A stretch of 64,000 bases of DNA from the NCBI RefSeq assembly GCF_003704095.1, contig NW_020843520.1, positions 124,001-188,000 of the forward strand, written 5' to 3'. The notes beneath the pieces were generated by a model. That model did not search any database, was not told the DNA's origin, and worked only from the letters and a program-made list of their open reading frames with translations. Positions within the stretch are counted from its first letter, which is position 1. Each line of letters begins with the position of its first letter. Positions 53,401 to 64,000 of this stretch are shown piece after piece. The DNA is from Pocillopora damicornis (lineage: Eukaryota). Position numbers and translations under genes: made by a program.

Positions 53401-56400
53401 CAAACTCACAACCTCCCGACCGCAGTTTTTGATCCTGATAACAACCGGAACTTCTTTTACTACAACGGAAGGAACTGTTACGTCGAGTGCTGAAATTTCA
53501 CAGTAGGTAAATTATTGTCAGTAGTCAATTTTTTTCAATAGAGTAGTAGATAAATTTGGGTCATGATCACTAACAACTCGAATAAATTGGAAAAAAAATT
53601 ATTCTATAACATTCACATTCCAAGCTGAAGATTTAAACACTTTAAATTCTTACTTTAAAGTATGGAAATTCAGTTATCAGCGTTGAATCTCCTTGCTTTA
53701 CAATTGAATTAAAATTACTGTTAATTATTTTTGTGTTCAACTGTCTTCGTGTCATTTGAGATGATACGCTGCACTTGGGAGAAATAATATGACTCAAATT
53801 CATTAAACTAAAATCTGTTTATAAAAAATGAAATAAAATGTATAATTTTCGAAAAGGAAATAAACATTACTTTTCTTTTCAGGGACGGCATGCAATTTGA
53901 TTAATTCTTAGCGAGTTGTTTAAATTCTTGTTGCAAACTCAATTTTCAAACTTCCAAGTGGTTTGTAGTGGACACAAAGCCCCATTCGATCTCTAAAGTT
54001 ATAGTCCAATAAATGGCAGCATACTAAACAAGCTGATGGCCGCTCTACATGTAGGTCAGCTTGTATTAGGATAACTGCGGTCTTGAGTATCGTCCGAGGC
54101 AGTTAATATTTTCTCGGTATGTACCTACATAGAGGTATAAAATTTATCTTTATTCACTTGAAGTGTAGTCATAGTCCCACCTGGGCAAATGTGTGTATTA
54201 CAAATCGCTTCCTCTTTATCAGCTCCCAGTGATGAGCAGTCTTTACCCCCATTCTCGGGCTCAGGATTGTCACAGGTGCGCTGTCGATACTGAAAACCTC
54301 CTGCACAGGTAGCACTGCACGTCGACCAAGCCGACCATTCGCTGTACCCACCATCCACGAGATTAGCTAGTTTCGAATCAAAACGAAAAAAAGGCAAAAT
54401 TATACTTTCTATGTATTTTTTGCGTGTCTTGTTCACCAAAGATACATTCGTCATATTATCGGAGAAGCATTGAAAATTAGAATGAATTGCGCAGCTACGA
54501 ATAAAAAATTCGTATTTTTTACTTCCAGTTTAAAAAGTAAAAGAATACCCAAGTACTTTCCAACTCAGAGTAACATTTTCCATTGATTTTAATGCTGGTC
54601 CCAAAGTTATTAAAGGAATGTACTCTTTCGTTAACAGCTGAAGGATTCTTAATGAGTAAGTAAACCTCTGTTCTCCAAAACTGAAGCATTAAATATGATT
54701 TCATTATAGGAAAAGTATAATTGTTTTTGTAATTTCATTTTGATTACAGATTATACCTTAATATATTGAATATACAAAGACTGAATTAAACTCGCATCAC
54801 CAAAATAGTGGAGAAGGCAAAAATAGGGACGTGAAGAAATGATAACAATAATTGTAACTTGCCATCACATCCGAAAAGTTCCACTCTCATGCATATGTCT
54901 CGATGCCATGACTTCACCTCAAGCCTGACAAACTGTGCATTTTTAACGCCATCAAGACTGTGTGTAACCGTAGCAAACTGGTCGATATTCCCAGAGAAAA
55001 CCTGTTAATCCATTAAATGCAAGACAAATATTAGATATTCAGGTTACTCTAGACCGACTAAAATAAATTAATAAATAAATAACAACAAATTAAACACAGC
55101 TTCAACTCGCTGCGGCAGAAACCCTTACAATGAACTCCCTCCGTCGCTTCGATTCTACCAGCCTATCATAGTAAGGTTAAGAAAGTCAAGGCAACACGCC
55201 TTGGTATTATGGGGGTCAGAGTCTTCCTGGATGATCAGTTTCGAAAAAAGTTGGGTTAAACCACTGTCAGGGACAAGTTATACTTCACATTATTCGTCAC
55301 TGGCTCGCGATGGGATTCAGGATAAATTTTGGCAGAGGTAGAAATACGTGTTACTTAATCCAGGATGTTTGAGTGAGGTCTTCGCAGACAGAAAGGAAAG
55401 TGTTAAAAAAGAAAGGTAATAAATATTGAAACAGAATTCACTGTCGTAAAAGAAATGTCTAAGAGACGTGAAGAAAAAAAAACACTTCATGGAGACAAAA
55501 ATAGTGCGAGAATACTGAATAGGGCAGATTTTAAGAGAGAAATGAAGAACTACATCCACCCAAGTGACGCATGACGAGTCAGACGCAAACCATGAAATAA
55601 GCCATGCGAGAGTCTTTTACGACACCATGCGATAAAGTATGCAAAATGTCTAAGAACACGAAAAATATGAGTTCATTTGACTTGATACCTTGGTAGATCC
55701 ATTAACAGTATAAGGCTGAGGAGTAAGTCCTTCCTTTTCCCAATAATACAACGAATATTCCGTGACCCATTTTCCATCTTTATCATGTTTTCCCTGAGTG
55801 GATATTCCGGTAAGCATTTTACTATGTTTCAGGTCAATCTGCAGATACTCTCCTGTGATATTTTTCTCGGCGCACCAGCTTCCATTCCCAATCAAGCGAT
55901 TCAGTCTCGCATTCCAAGGCTCGTTGCTCATACCGTAACTACTCGCTGTGAACGAATCGCTCAACAATTCTCCATTGTTTACACCAAGAGGGAAGCCGCA
56001 AACTATGGTTAAACAAATGAATATATGAATAAGGTTAAGACGGCTGGCCTTGTCATGTGTTTTCTTCCATATAATTCTTTCTTCCCCTTTTTGATCCATA
56101 AAAACGCAAAAAAAGAACAAGAGAAATAATCAGCCATCTTCATCGAAGACGCTTGGGATATACGTAATAGATTTTGATGGCCAAAAGCTGGCTTCGGGCG
56201 TTTTTATGTGAGCGGGTACAAAGCAATCCCCCTCCCTGTTCCCCCTCCTTCCCCTTTTTCCCCTTCTCCTCCCCCCTCCCCCTGCACTTGCGTAAATAAC
56301 CATCCATCTTTCCCAAACTGGGAGCCAATCAGATCATAAGCAGCTTCATGTCAAATAATTCATGCTGTTGGGTCTCAATCAAGTATTCAGTCACTAAATG

Positions 56401-59400
56401 ACTCAGATAATTACTCAGTCAGACAGTCAATCCGTCTTTCAATCAAACAATCAGTTATCAATCATACCTTGGTAACCATATAGCTCGACCTTCATGCACA
56501 CGTGATTGAACCACGTGACAGGCAGAAATCGGATGTAGCGAGCTTCAATTTCTTTATTCATCTGTTGCTGAACAATGCCATAATCATTGGTGTTCCCCTG
56601 GAAGAGCTGAAGTGAACAACAAAAAACCTATACATTACAATACTGAGACACGATATATAATTTCAAAATATCTAAGACAAAGTTCAATGAATTTTCATCC
56701 TGAGAGGTAGCAAATGATGGTTAGTTTCCAATTTTTGTGTACATAATATGCCCCAATGACATTATTATGAGGTAAGAACTAAAATAACGAGGCGTACAAG
56801 TGATTTGATATTCAACTGCACTAATTATTTCATTTTCCTATCACCCTTTCACTTTCCTCTTATTCTATTCCTGATAATTCCGACGCAAACAGGTGCAAAT
56901 TTTAATTTAAAAAGCACGAGGAAATAGACAACTTGATGACCTATCAAAACCAAAGTTAAAACCTCGATAATACCTTCACTGAGTCATTTTCCTCGTACTT
57001 GTTCCATTCAGACCCATCCAAGCTGTGGGACAAATTAAACTGAGTCACCCAGCAGCTTTTATCTGTCCGATGACTTCCTTGAGTGGCCACGTGAGTGATG
57101 TTATGAGTAGTACCCAAGTCAATCTGTAAATACTGATCGTGGCTGTCTTCTCCTGCGCGCCACGCTTCGCTCAAGAAGCCTACATCCAAGCGGGCCCGCC
57201 ATGGTTCGTTGCCACTTCCAGCATGACTGGATGCAGTTATGGCTGAATTGGCAATCTTGTGTTTTTGTATTCCAAGAGGTATACTTCGATCTTTCGATTT
57301 TAACAAGAAATCGATAAAAATGGCTTTAAATAAAAGTACACGATGGAATGAATAAAGAGTAATTAAGTTAAAAATACACGAGCTTGCTGTGTTATAAAAA
57401 ATTCAATAGTCAGGAAACGTTACTAATAATTAGTTTAGGGCATACGCAATTCTATTTCAATCATTTGAAAAGAGGAAAAACTGTAAGGTGAAGCCATATT
57501 GTAATCATTATCTTATGACCGTGCACTTTTGGTAGATGCAAAAAATACTGACCAACGGTTCGTATGTCAAATCGCATGCAGATATGTCCAATCCAGCTGA
57601 CAGGATGAATCCTGATAAATCGCGCCCTGACTTGTTTCATAAATTTCCGAGTGACAATGGATGAGCTATCGTTATTTCCCTGAAAGACCTGGTAAATGCA
57701 AATGAAATAATCATTTGTCAAAAATACAACAGTTTTTTGAGTGAATGGATTAGCGAGTTTTTTCCGTGGCCGACCGATCTCCAAACATAATTATATCTAT
57801 AGGATTTGCCTTCACAGCATTTACCTTGCTAGAGCCATTCTCTTCATATTTTTTCCACAAATCATAGGAATGACCATACGAAATCGTATAATTCTCAACC
57901 CAGGACTCTTCAACAACTGCCCCCTGGGTTATGATCGCCTCAATGTAACTATTTCGCTTCAGATCAATCTGGAGGTATTGCATCTCGTCATCGAACTCAG
58001 CGCACCACGTTCGCCTAATACTGAGTAAGCAGTCTTGCGGTGTCAGCGGATATCGGGAGCTTGATGCGCTGATGGAAACATTAGCTTCCACGAGCAACTC
58101 CCCTCCTTTAGAAAAGAAAGCAATGGAAGATCAGGACATAACATAAGATAAAGTACAAGAGAGGTGGTATGACACTTGCTGCTATAAATTAAGACTATAT
58201 GCATGGAAAAGGCTATGGTCAGCCCCTTCTCTCAGCTCTTTTGGCATTCTGGTCTGTTCATTCCATTCACCTCCTCATTCCCTCCCTATCTCTCCCGAAA
58301 GACCAGCAGTTAGAATTTCGCGATAAAATCGATTTTGGAGCTAATGTCTTTGATCGGGAAATAATTCTATGTACAAACCTTATAATACTCTTTCTCCTTT
58401 TTTTCTTAGAGTTGAAACATTGTCTCACCTTTTCTGATGCCATAAATTTCCACCCTCAGCGCAGGAGAAGTGGTATCTAACACCCAGCGAGTCAAGAGGA
58501 ACTTGACGTAACGAGTGTAAAATGACCGGGTAAACACGTGACGTACAGGGAGGTCTGTTTCGTCAGGGGTATTACCGCTGAAAACCTGCTTAAAGAAATG
58601 ATATGGCCTTCAAATCATTCGAGAAAGAAAGAAAAAAATCTTCTAGACTGCCAGAGGCGATTTCCTTCGACATTTTGAATGTGCAGGAAGGAATCAGAGT
58701 AGTTTTCCTTACTTTACTAAAGCAAATTGTCAATTATTGGATGACATGAAAAAGTATTGATAATAACTTAACATTGTATGAGAAGAATTTAGATGAGTTA
58801 AAGATGACCTATTTGGCTTTTTACTACCGTTCAAACTATTACAAAATTTGGGAAACTTAAACTACAGTGCATCTTTAACTTTTCGTTTATGGATGGCAGC
58901 TACGTGTATTGCTTTTCAAAAAAACTCTGTAAGATAGGGAGTAAATGAGACATAATCATACCTTAGGGCCCCCTCCCTCTCGATAATAATACCAGTCTGC
59001 ACCATCATCGCTGAAGGACAATTTATACTCCAGCACGTGTCCGTATTTTTCGATAACCTTGTTGTTACATCCCTGCGTAGCGACTCCACTTACGGACACT
59101 AAACCTTCACCCAGGTCGACAAGAAGAAAGTTTTCACCTCTTGGAAATACCCAACATCCCGCAGTACTATGTAACCTAGCCATCCATGGTCCGTGCACCT
59201 CAGTATCCAAGTAAATGTCTGAAGCTAAAATGCTATTGTTAGGAATTCGATAGTCGCTCATTCCTAACGGCTTCAAGCTTTCTTCATCGAAATCTAAAAT
59301 GGCAAAAAATAATTCAAAAGTTCAAAAATGTCACTACAGAATATTAACAATAAGGTGAAAGACCTAGAGTCACTTCAGTCCCAAGTATTGTGCTATCGTC

Positions 59401-62400
59401 TTTGGTTTGCGTAAGAATCTATGCCCATTGATTCTTGCGAAAATGCAAGGAAATATAACGGCGCCGTCTGGATATGGGGAGAAACCTCTGCTTTTTTAGA
59501 CAAGTCGCTTTTGTCAGTGTTCACTTTTTGGTGGTGAGGATTCATTTGGACATAGGAGAACACTTTTACTCCGCCGATAGAGGAATCAGATGGCGGTTTT
59601 ATAAAGGACCTCAATTAGGAAATCATTCATAACCCGGATTAGTCTTACCTTTGCATCCGTATAACTCGACTCTTATACATGCAAATGTGTGCCATTTCTT
59701 AGGATGAAGACGAATATATCGCACATTGGAAACATTATTGAGCCTGTTTTTGACTATCGACGTTCCATCTGAGTTGCCTGGAAACAACTAAATCATAACA
59801 ACAAATAAATTCTCATTTTCCTGGCGGATATGAGGCTCATAGTTAATTAGCTGGAATAAAATAATGAAAAGTACATTTCAATATCAAACTGTTATCATCT
59901 TTTTTTTCTATCTGCACAATCACAAGTGACGTTATGTGTTTGAAAAACTTTCCTGAGTATTTCGCCGACAAAGTTAAACTTGCATATGTGCATGGACACA
60001 ATTATTTTGCTGCGGTCGCGATAACCAGCTTGAAGCAATTATTCAGGCTTTGCTTGTGTCCGGAGGCAGTCAGTAAGTTTAGGTAACTGTACAAATCAAT
60101 TATATTAGCCTTGCTGAAAGCAGTTATTATTTTCTGATTTGCAGCGAAAGAGGTATCTTAATAACTCACTTTTTCTGTGCTATTCTCGGAGTATGGAATC
60201 CAAGATAAAAGTTCTTTGCGAAAGTGCAATGTGTACTGCTGTACCCAAGCGCTGTTGTTCGAGCTGTGGAATCCTTGGGTGGCAATAAATCGTAATTTGT
60301 ATGGTTTCGCAAGGTCCACCTGATAGATATAAGTAGAAGTTCAGGTAAAAATTATTTTAAAAACTTTGCGATGGGTGAGATGCACATTGAATTATAAAAT
60401 AAGTATCTTTGTCTTTTCCATGTTTATTATGTTTAGGCTGGAAAGAAGTTATCATTATTTTTGCATTCACAGCACATATGGCTAGCAAAATAACGGTAGA
60501 TAAAAAAGATAGAAAACACAGATCATAGATCTAGATCATATCTTGTGTGACATTAAAAACACTTCGTGAAACCAAATGGATCACATGAGATCATAAACTG
60601 TTTACAAGCTCTTGTGGATTGTCATTTCACTACTTCCACCATTCAAATGCACAATTCAAAGAAAGAGAGGTGTCGTACATATAATTTCCTCTTTCAAAGC
60701 TCATTCGCTTAGGTCAGAATACAGAAGAAACTATTGATAGTTCCATCTAACTTCAAAATCGTTTTCCGATAAACCTCTACGGTTCTTTTACTTTACGCCT
60801 TTTATAATATTTGCCAGACTTTTATTCGTCCAAAACTTCTGCTTTTAATATAGCACATGTATATACAGTAAATATACACTTATTTGACGCAACAAAAGTT
60901 TTGACCTATTCTGCACTAACAGTAAGATAATTGACTAACTTGTAAGAAAGGCTGAGTGTCGTTTTCGCTTGGGCACCAGGCCCCTCTACCATCGAGGCGT
61001 GCCATCCATGGGTATCTGCGTGAAGACAGGTAACTAGAGGCGGTGAAAGCAGGGTCCTTTATTACCCAAGTTCCGATTCCGATTTCGTCGGAACATACTG
61101 AAAGAAAATTATTGTCTTTGCTAAATAGTGATGAAAAGCTACGTCAAAAAAGTTGTGTATTTGAAATTGGTTGGCCACCATCTCTTATTGCTGTGCACAG
61201 ATCATATATCAACTCATAAATTTTTTATGTAATACTTAAGGCCCATCACCACCTTTTGGAATTGCAGATTCATGCATCTCGCAAAGGAAATCTCCTAAAA
61301 CAAAAAGACTAAAGAGCAAAGTGATTGGAGTGAACATCAGTTTTCAATAATCTTGTGAGGAGTGAATTTCAGAGCAAATATCAACAGTTTATCGCACGTT
61401 GCACACTTTGTCATAGTGGCTATCGATCGTGATGTATAAAGGGATAAGTTTCTAAAGAAACTGTGGTGATGCGTCGGTGGGAGAGTATGGCAGGTAATTT
61501 AGTGTTAACAACTGAGTTGAAAACGTAAATTAGCCACCGTAAAGGGTAAAAAAGCTGACGTTTCGAGCGTTAACCCTTCGCCAATCGCTCTGACGAAGGG
61601 CTAACACTCGAAACGTCAGCTTTTTTACCCTTTACGGTGGGTAATTTACGTTTTCAATTCAGTTGTTAACACTAAGTTACCCGATTGTGATGTATAGTCT
61701 ACTAGATAAGTATTACCTTTGTCGCAGCCATAAAATTCAAGTTTTAAATTGGCCCCTAAATGCCAATTCTCAACGCGGATCTTTATAAATCTTGCTTCTA
61801 GCTTCTGTTCTGTTTTAATAGTCACCACCATGTTTTTCATCTCTACACCCAATATTTTCTGCATGAAAGACAAGCATTAATTGAGCCAAGATGACGAACG
61901 TGCTTCATAAATCTGACAGCGCAGAAGACGATCTTTCAAGCTAATTTACAAGTAAAGCAAAGACCTTGATAGGTTTAATTTGTTTACCCTTTAAGATAAC
62001 ATGTAGCAGCCGTTGCACAATACGAATAGATTAAGTTTTAAAAAACCGGTGACACGAAATTAATAGCCATTTCATTTTGAGGTTGTGCTGCGGACCTGGA
62101 AGCACGTTGCCCAATGATATGTAATAATTGACGCAAAATTGTGAAAATAGAAAATATTGCGATACCCTACCACCAATTATAACGGACTGATAATCAGGTG
62201 ATCTTCATCTCTAAATGTGCATTGTAATTATGAAATTTGGTGGTCAAATGAATGCAGCACAGATGACAAATAGCATGACATGCTGGCACCATAGTGTTTG
62301 GAATAGAGTTACTAACTTACAAAGTGAACAAGTTTAAAAAACAACAACGACAACAACGACTTGAAACAACAAATGACACCGAACAGATATTGGATATTAA

Positions 62401-63152
62401 AAAAAATACAAACGAACAAAAAGGTGTTTGTTTATCAGCTGGCTTTAACATAACAGATCCTAGAAATATGATATCAAAAACCTCCTACTATCAAGGCGAG
62501 ATATTTACCCCACTTATTCCACGAGGTTCATAAATTGTCCACGGGTCTCGAGTGCTCATCCTGTAGTCCAAGAAAAAATATTTCAGCCAATGGTTCTTGA
62601 GAGAATCTCCTTCCATCTCGATGTATGTTATGGCTTTTGACTCTCCAAGATCTACCACAATGTATTCTGAAGATGCCACAGATGATGGAATCCAACCCGA
62701 ACCAGATCCTAAACGAGCGCGCCAGGGTTCTCCGCCCACTTTGAATGACGAAGCTTGAATGTCGGAGTCTGGTATGAGACCACTGGCCATTCCCAGTGGT
62801 TCGGCACACTCTAGAAGTTTGCAGCTAATTAGTGAATATTGCAATATCGAGCTTCTTTGACGATAAGGAGAGCGTTTAACCACTCTCTGCACAGCGAATT
62901 ATTGTTTCACTATTAGACGGCAACCAAAATGGTTTGCGTAAGAGTTATTTGTTTGCAGCAATTAAAAATAAAACAGTTTTTTGTGTGCGTTTGTAAATAA
63001 ATTCTTATTTTACCATTACATCCATAGAACTCCACACTGATATGTGGTGTATGATCCCAAGTTTGAGGGTAGAGCCTGATATAGCGTGATGTAATTTTCT
63101 TAGGCAGCGGCCGGCGTAAAGTTTGATAACGAGTTATGCAACCTAGAAAAAC
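39885..63152 (-). CDS. Polycystin-1-like (PKD1/PKD1L family) receptor-channel with N-terminal discoidin array + TSP1; 5' end lies beyond the window
   Basis: Exons: discoidin 63152-63014 (second half only); 62810-62509, 61858-61717; 61097-60940, 60319-60170, 59787-59649; 59293-58962, 58585-58429; 58105-57825, 57688-57553; 57290-56974, 56606-56468; 56002-55689, 55001-54863; TSP1 54366-54181; PKD repeats/REJ 53489-51383; REJ 51018-50430; 49345-49157; 48716-48591; 48398-48138; 47789-47544; GAIN/GPS 47233-46505; GPS+TM1 44735-44505; PLAT+TMs 44008-42626; 41771-41603; TOP/channel/C-tail 41407-39885. Phases chain without a frameshift. Confidence 0.85.
42100..42334. repeat. Palindromic repeat of the same family as 61493-61681, with hammerhead-like core
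   Basis: tattatcaact..ttggccaccgtaaagagttt..tgacgtttcgagcgttag / ctgacgaaaggcggacgcccgaaacgtcagc..cggtggccaatttacgttatcaactcagttgataat. Smaller fragments of this family lie at ~5657-5715, ~15457-15555 and ~49770-49820. Confidence 0.75.
42626..44008 (-). CDS. PLAT/LH2 domain and TM2-TM6 region exon
   Basis: [30 protein letters not shown]...FTRGSTNEF...LTVWHDLSG...SWYL...FACDHWLA, followed by HLWISV...[10 protein letters not shown] typical of polycystin-1 proteins. Confidence 0.9.
44505..47233 (-). CDS. GAIN/GPS domain and first TM helix exons
   Basis: Joined sequence [21 protein letters not shown]|[22 protein letters not shown], followed by hydrophobic [29 protein letters not shown]. Confidence 0.9.
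45588..45762. repeat. Hairpin (MITE-like) repeat
   Basis: Inverted arms gagttacggatgcac..ggaagtttggagagca / tgctctccaaacttcc..gtgcatccataactc. Confidence 0.7.
51383..53489 (-). CDS. PKD repeats and start of REJ module (large exon)
   Basis: Repeated DFGD/DYGD/LGDG/WYFGDG...H.Y...G.Y.V motifs, followed by REJ-type IEGG...[10 protein letters not shown]...YYWLC. Confidence 0.85.
54181..54366 (-). CDS. Thrombospondin type-1 repeat exon of the polycystin-like gene
   Basis: [41 protein letters not shown]...CNTHICP shows WxxWxxCSxTC and RxRxC. The exon is phase 1-1. Confidence 0.9.
54863..63152 (-). CDS. Discoidin (F5/8 type C) array exons of the polycystin-like gene (6 complete domains + 1 partial)
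   Basis: Examples: [40 protein letters not shown]...YLQIDLG...[14 protein letters not shown]...WCAEK...YLQIDL. Second-half exons end in CMRVELFGC or CMKVELYG. Confidence 0.85.
61493..61681. repeat. Near-perfect ~90-bp-arm palindrome (Penelope-terminus-derived) with hammerhead-like core
   Basis: Arms ~61493-61583 and ~61591-61681 are reverse complements. The + strand has gct-CTGACGA-agggctaacactc-GAAA-cgtc-agc at 61587-61620. Confidence 0.8.
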
Positions 63153-63799
63153 CTGCCACGGTAAAGGAAAGAAAAAACATTTAGAGATTATGTGATATAA
63201 AAAAAAATTTTGTTCAGTGGGATCCATTAACTTGAATACTCAACGGAATATTAGTTTCGGAGGATATATAGTTGGCTGCCTCGCAAATTCAAAAATTGTT
63301 AGGAGCACATAGCGAGTTTGTATACAGGCAACAATAAACGTAGCTGAGGACCGTTCTGGCAATGAGAACTTTTAACTTCCACAAACTGATCGCGTCTCAG
63401 AAACCTTTGTGCTTAAGCTCCCAACTATATTTTTCTCACGAGTGTTGGTTTGCATTCATTTCATTGTTGCATACGTTCTAATCTTAGTCGACATATCATA
63501 ACTCCAGAGTAAATGAGTCAAATAACAAAGAAAGGTCGTTATCGCATGTTCGACCAAGGCAACTTTTGAAGAATGATATTAAACTCAAACTCATAACTCG
63601 GCTAACACAGCCATTTGGTCTGTTCGTCTTAAACAAAAACTATTGAGTTGAGATTCAGAGCTACTTCATACGCAAATACCGTAAGTTCGACTAAGTATCA
63701 GTATTGGTTGATAATCTGCAGAAACCTATCGCTGCAAACTGTAAAACTATTATAGTGAATGGTTTTAACCCGGGGGTAACATGTAATTTTGTAGTTTGA

Positions 63800-64000
63800 T
63801 TGTCCGGGTAGTGGTGACTGACGTTTCAACAACCTGGGCGGAAGTCATCATCAGAGTCAAGTGAATAGTTGTTGTCAGTCGAGAACATTCAAAAGACAAC
63901 AAATAATCACTTGACTCTGATGATGACTTCCGCTCAGGTTGTCGTAACGTCAGTCAACACTACCGACAACAGTCCTTCTCAGGACTACACTCACCCGGAC
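63800..64000. repeat. Second palindromic PLE-terminus-like family with hammerhead-like cores on both arms
   Basis: Arms 63807-63864 and 63907-63964. Core CTGATGA-tgacttccgc(c/t)caggttgt-(GAAA/GTAA)-cgtcagtc. Degenerate relatives lie at ~13926-14100 and ~41970-42070. Confidence 0.7.

Noticed and set aside
7576-63152. One single giant gene spanning both discoidin arrays
   Set aside because: The polycystin frame ends with a cytoplasmic coiled coil and a stop at 39885, and the downstream array has its own ATG and signal peptide.

Overview
AT-rich, intron-rich animal genomic DNA with several N-gaps. The repeat families and gene content suggest a cnidarian, probably a stony coral (inference). I built three minus-strand genes by hand from splice sites and reading-frame phases. 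(1) From beyond 64000 down to 39885: a giant polycystin-1 (PKD1-like) gene. Its N-terminus has at least 7 tandem F5/8 type C (discoidin) domains and a TSP1 repeat, followed by PKD repeats, REJ, GAIN/GPS (intact HL|T), TM1, PLAT, further TMs, the TOP/PKD-channel domain and a C-terminal coiled coil. (2) 37484 to about 7580: a separate gene of about 33 coding exons. It encodes a signal peptide plus 14 tandem discoidin domains with no detected membrane anchor, arranged as a hidden three-domain super-repeat and built from the same phase 1-0-1 exon cassette as gene 1. (3) 3593 to 2472: an intronless ankyrin-repeat protein with a KVSF PP1-docking motif (PPP1R27/MYPT-like). Introns and intergenic DNA hold a Penelope retroelement relic, several palindromic repeats with hammerhead-ribozyme cores, Crypton (tyrosine recombinase) relics, two inverted copies of a ~1.6-kb TIR element, MITE-like hairpins, and a tRNA-SINE cluster with a 31-bp minisatellite. 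The best candidate for an undescribed system is the adjacent pair of a discoidin-armed, cleavable polycystin receptor-channel and a secreted discoidin-only 14-mer.
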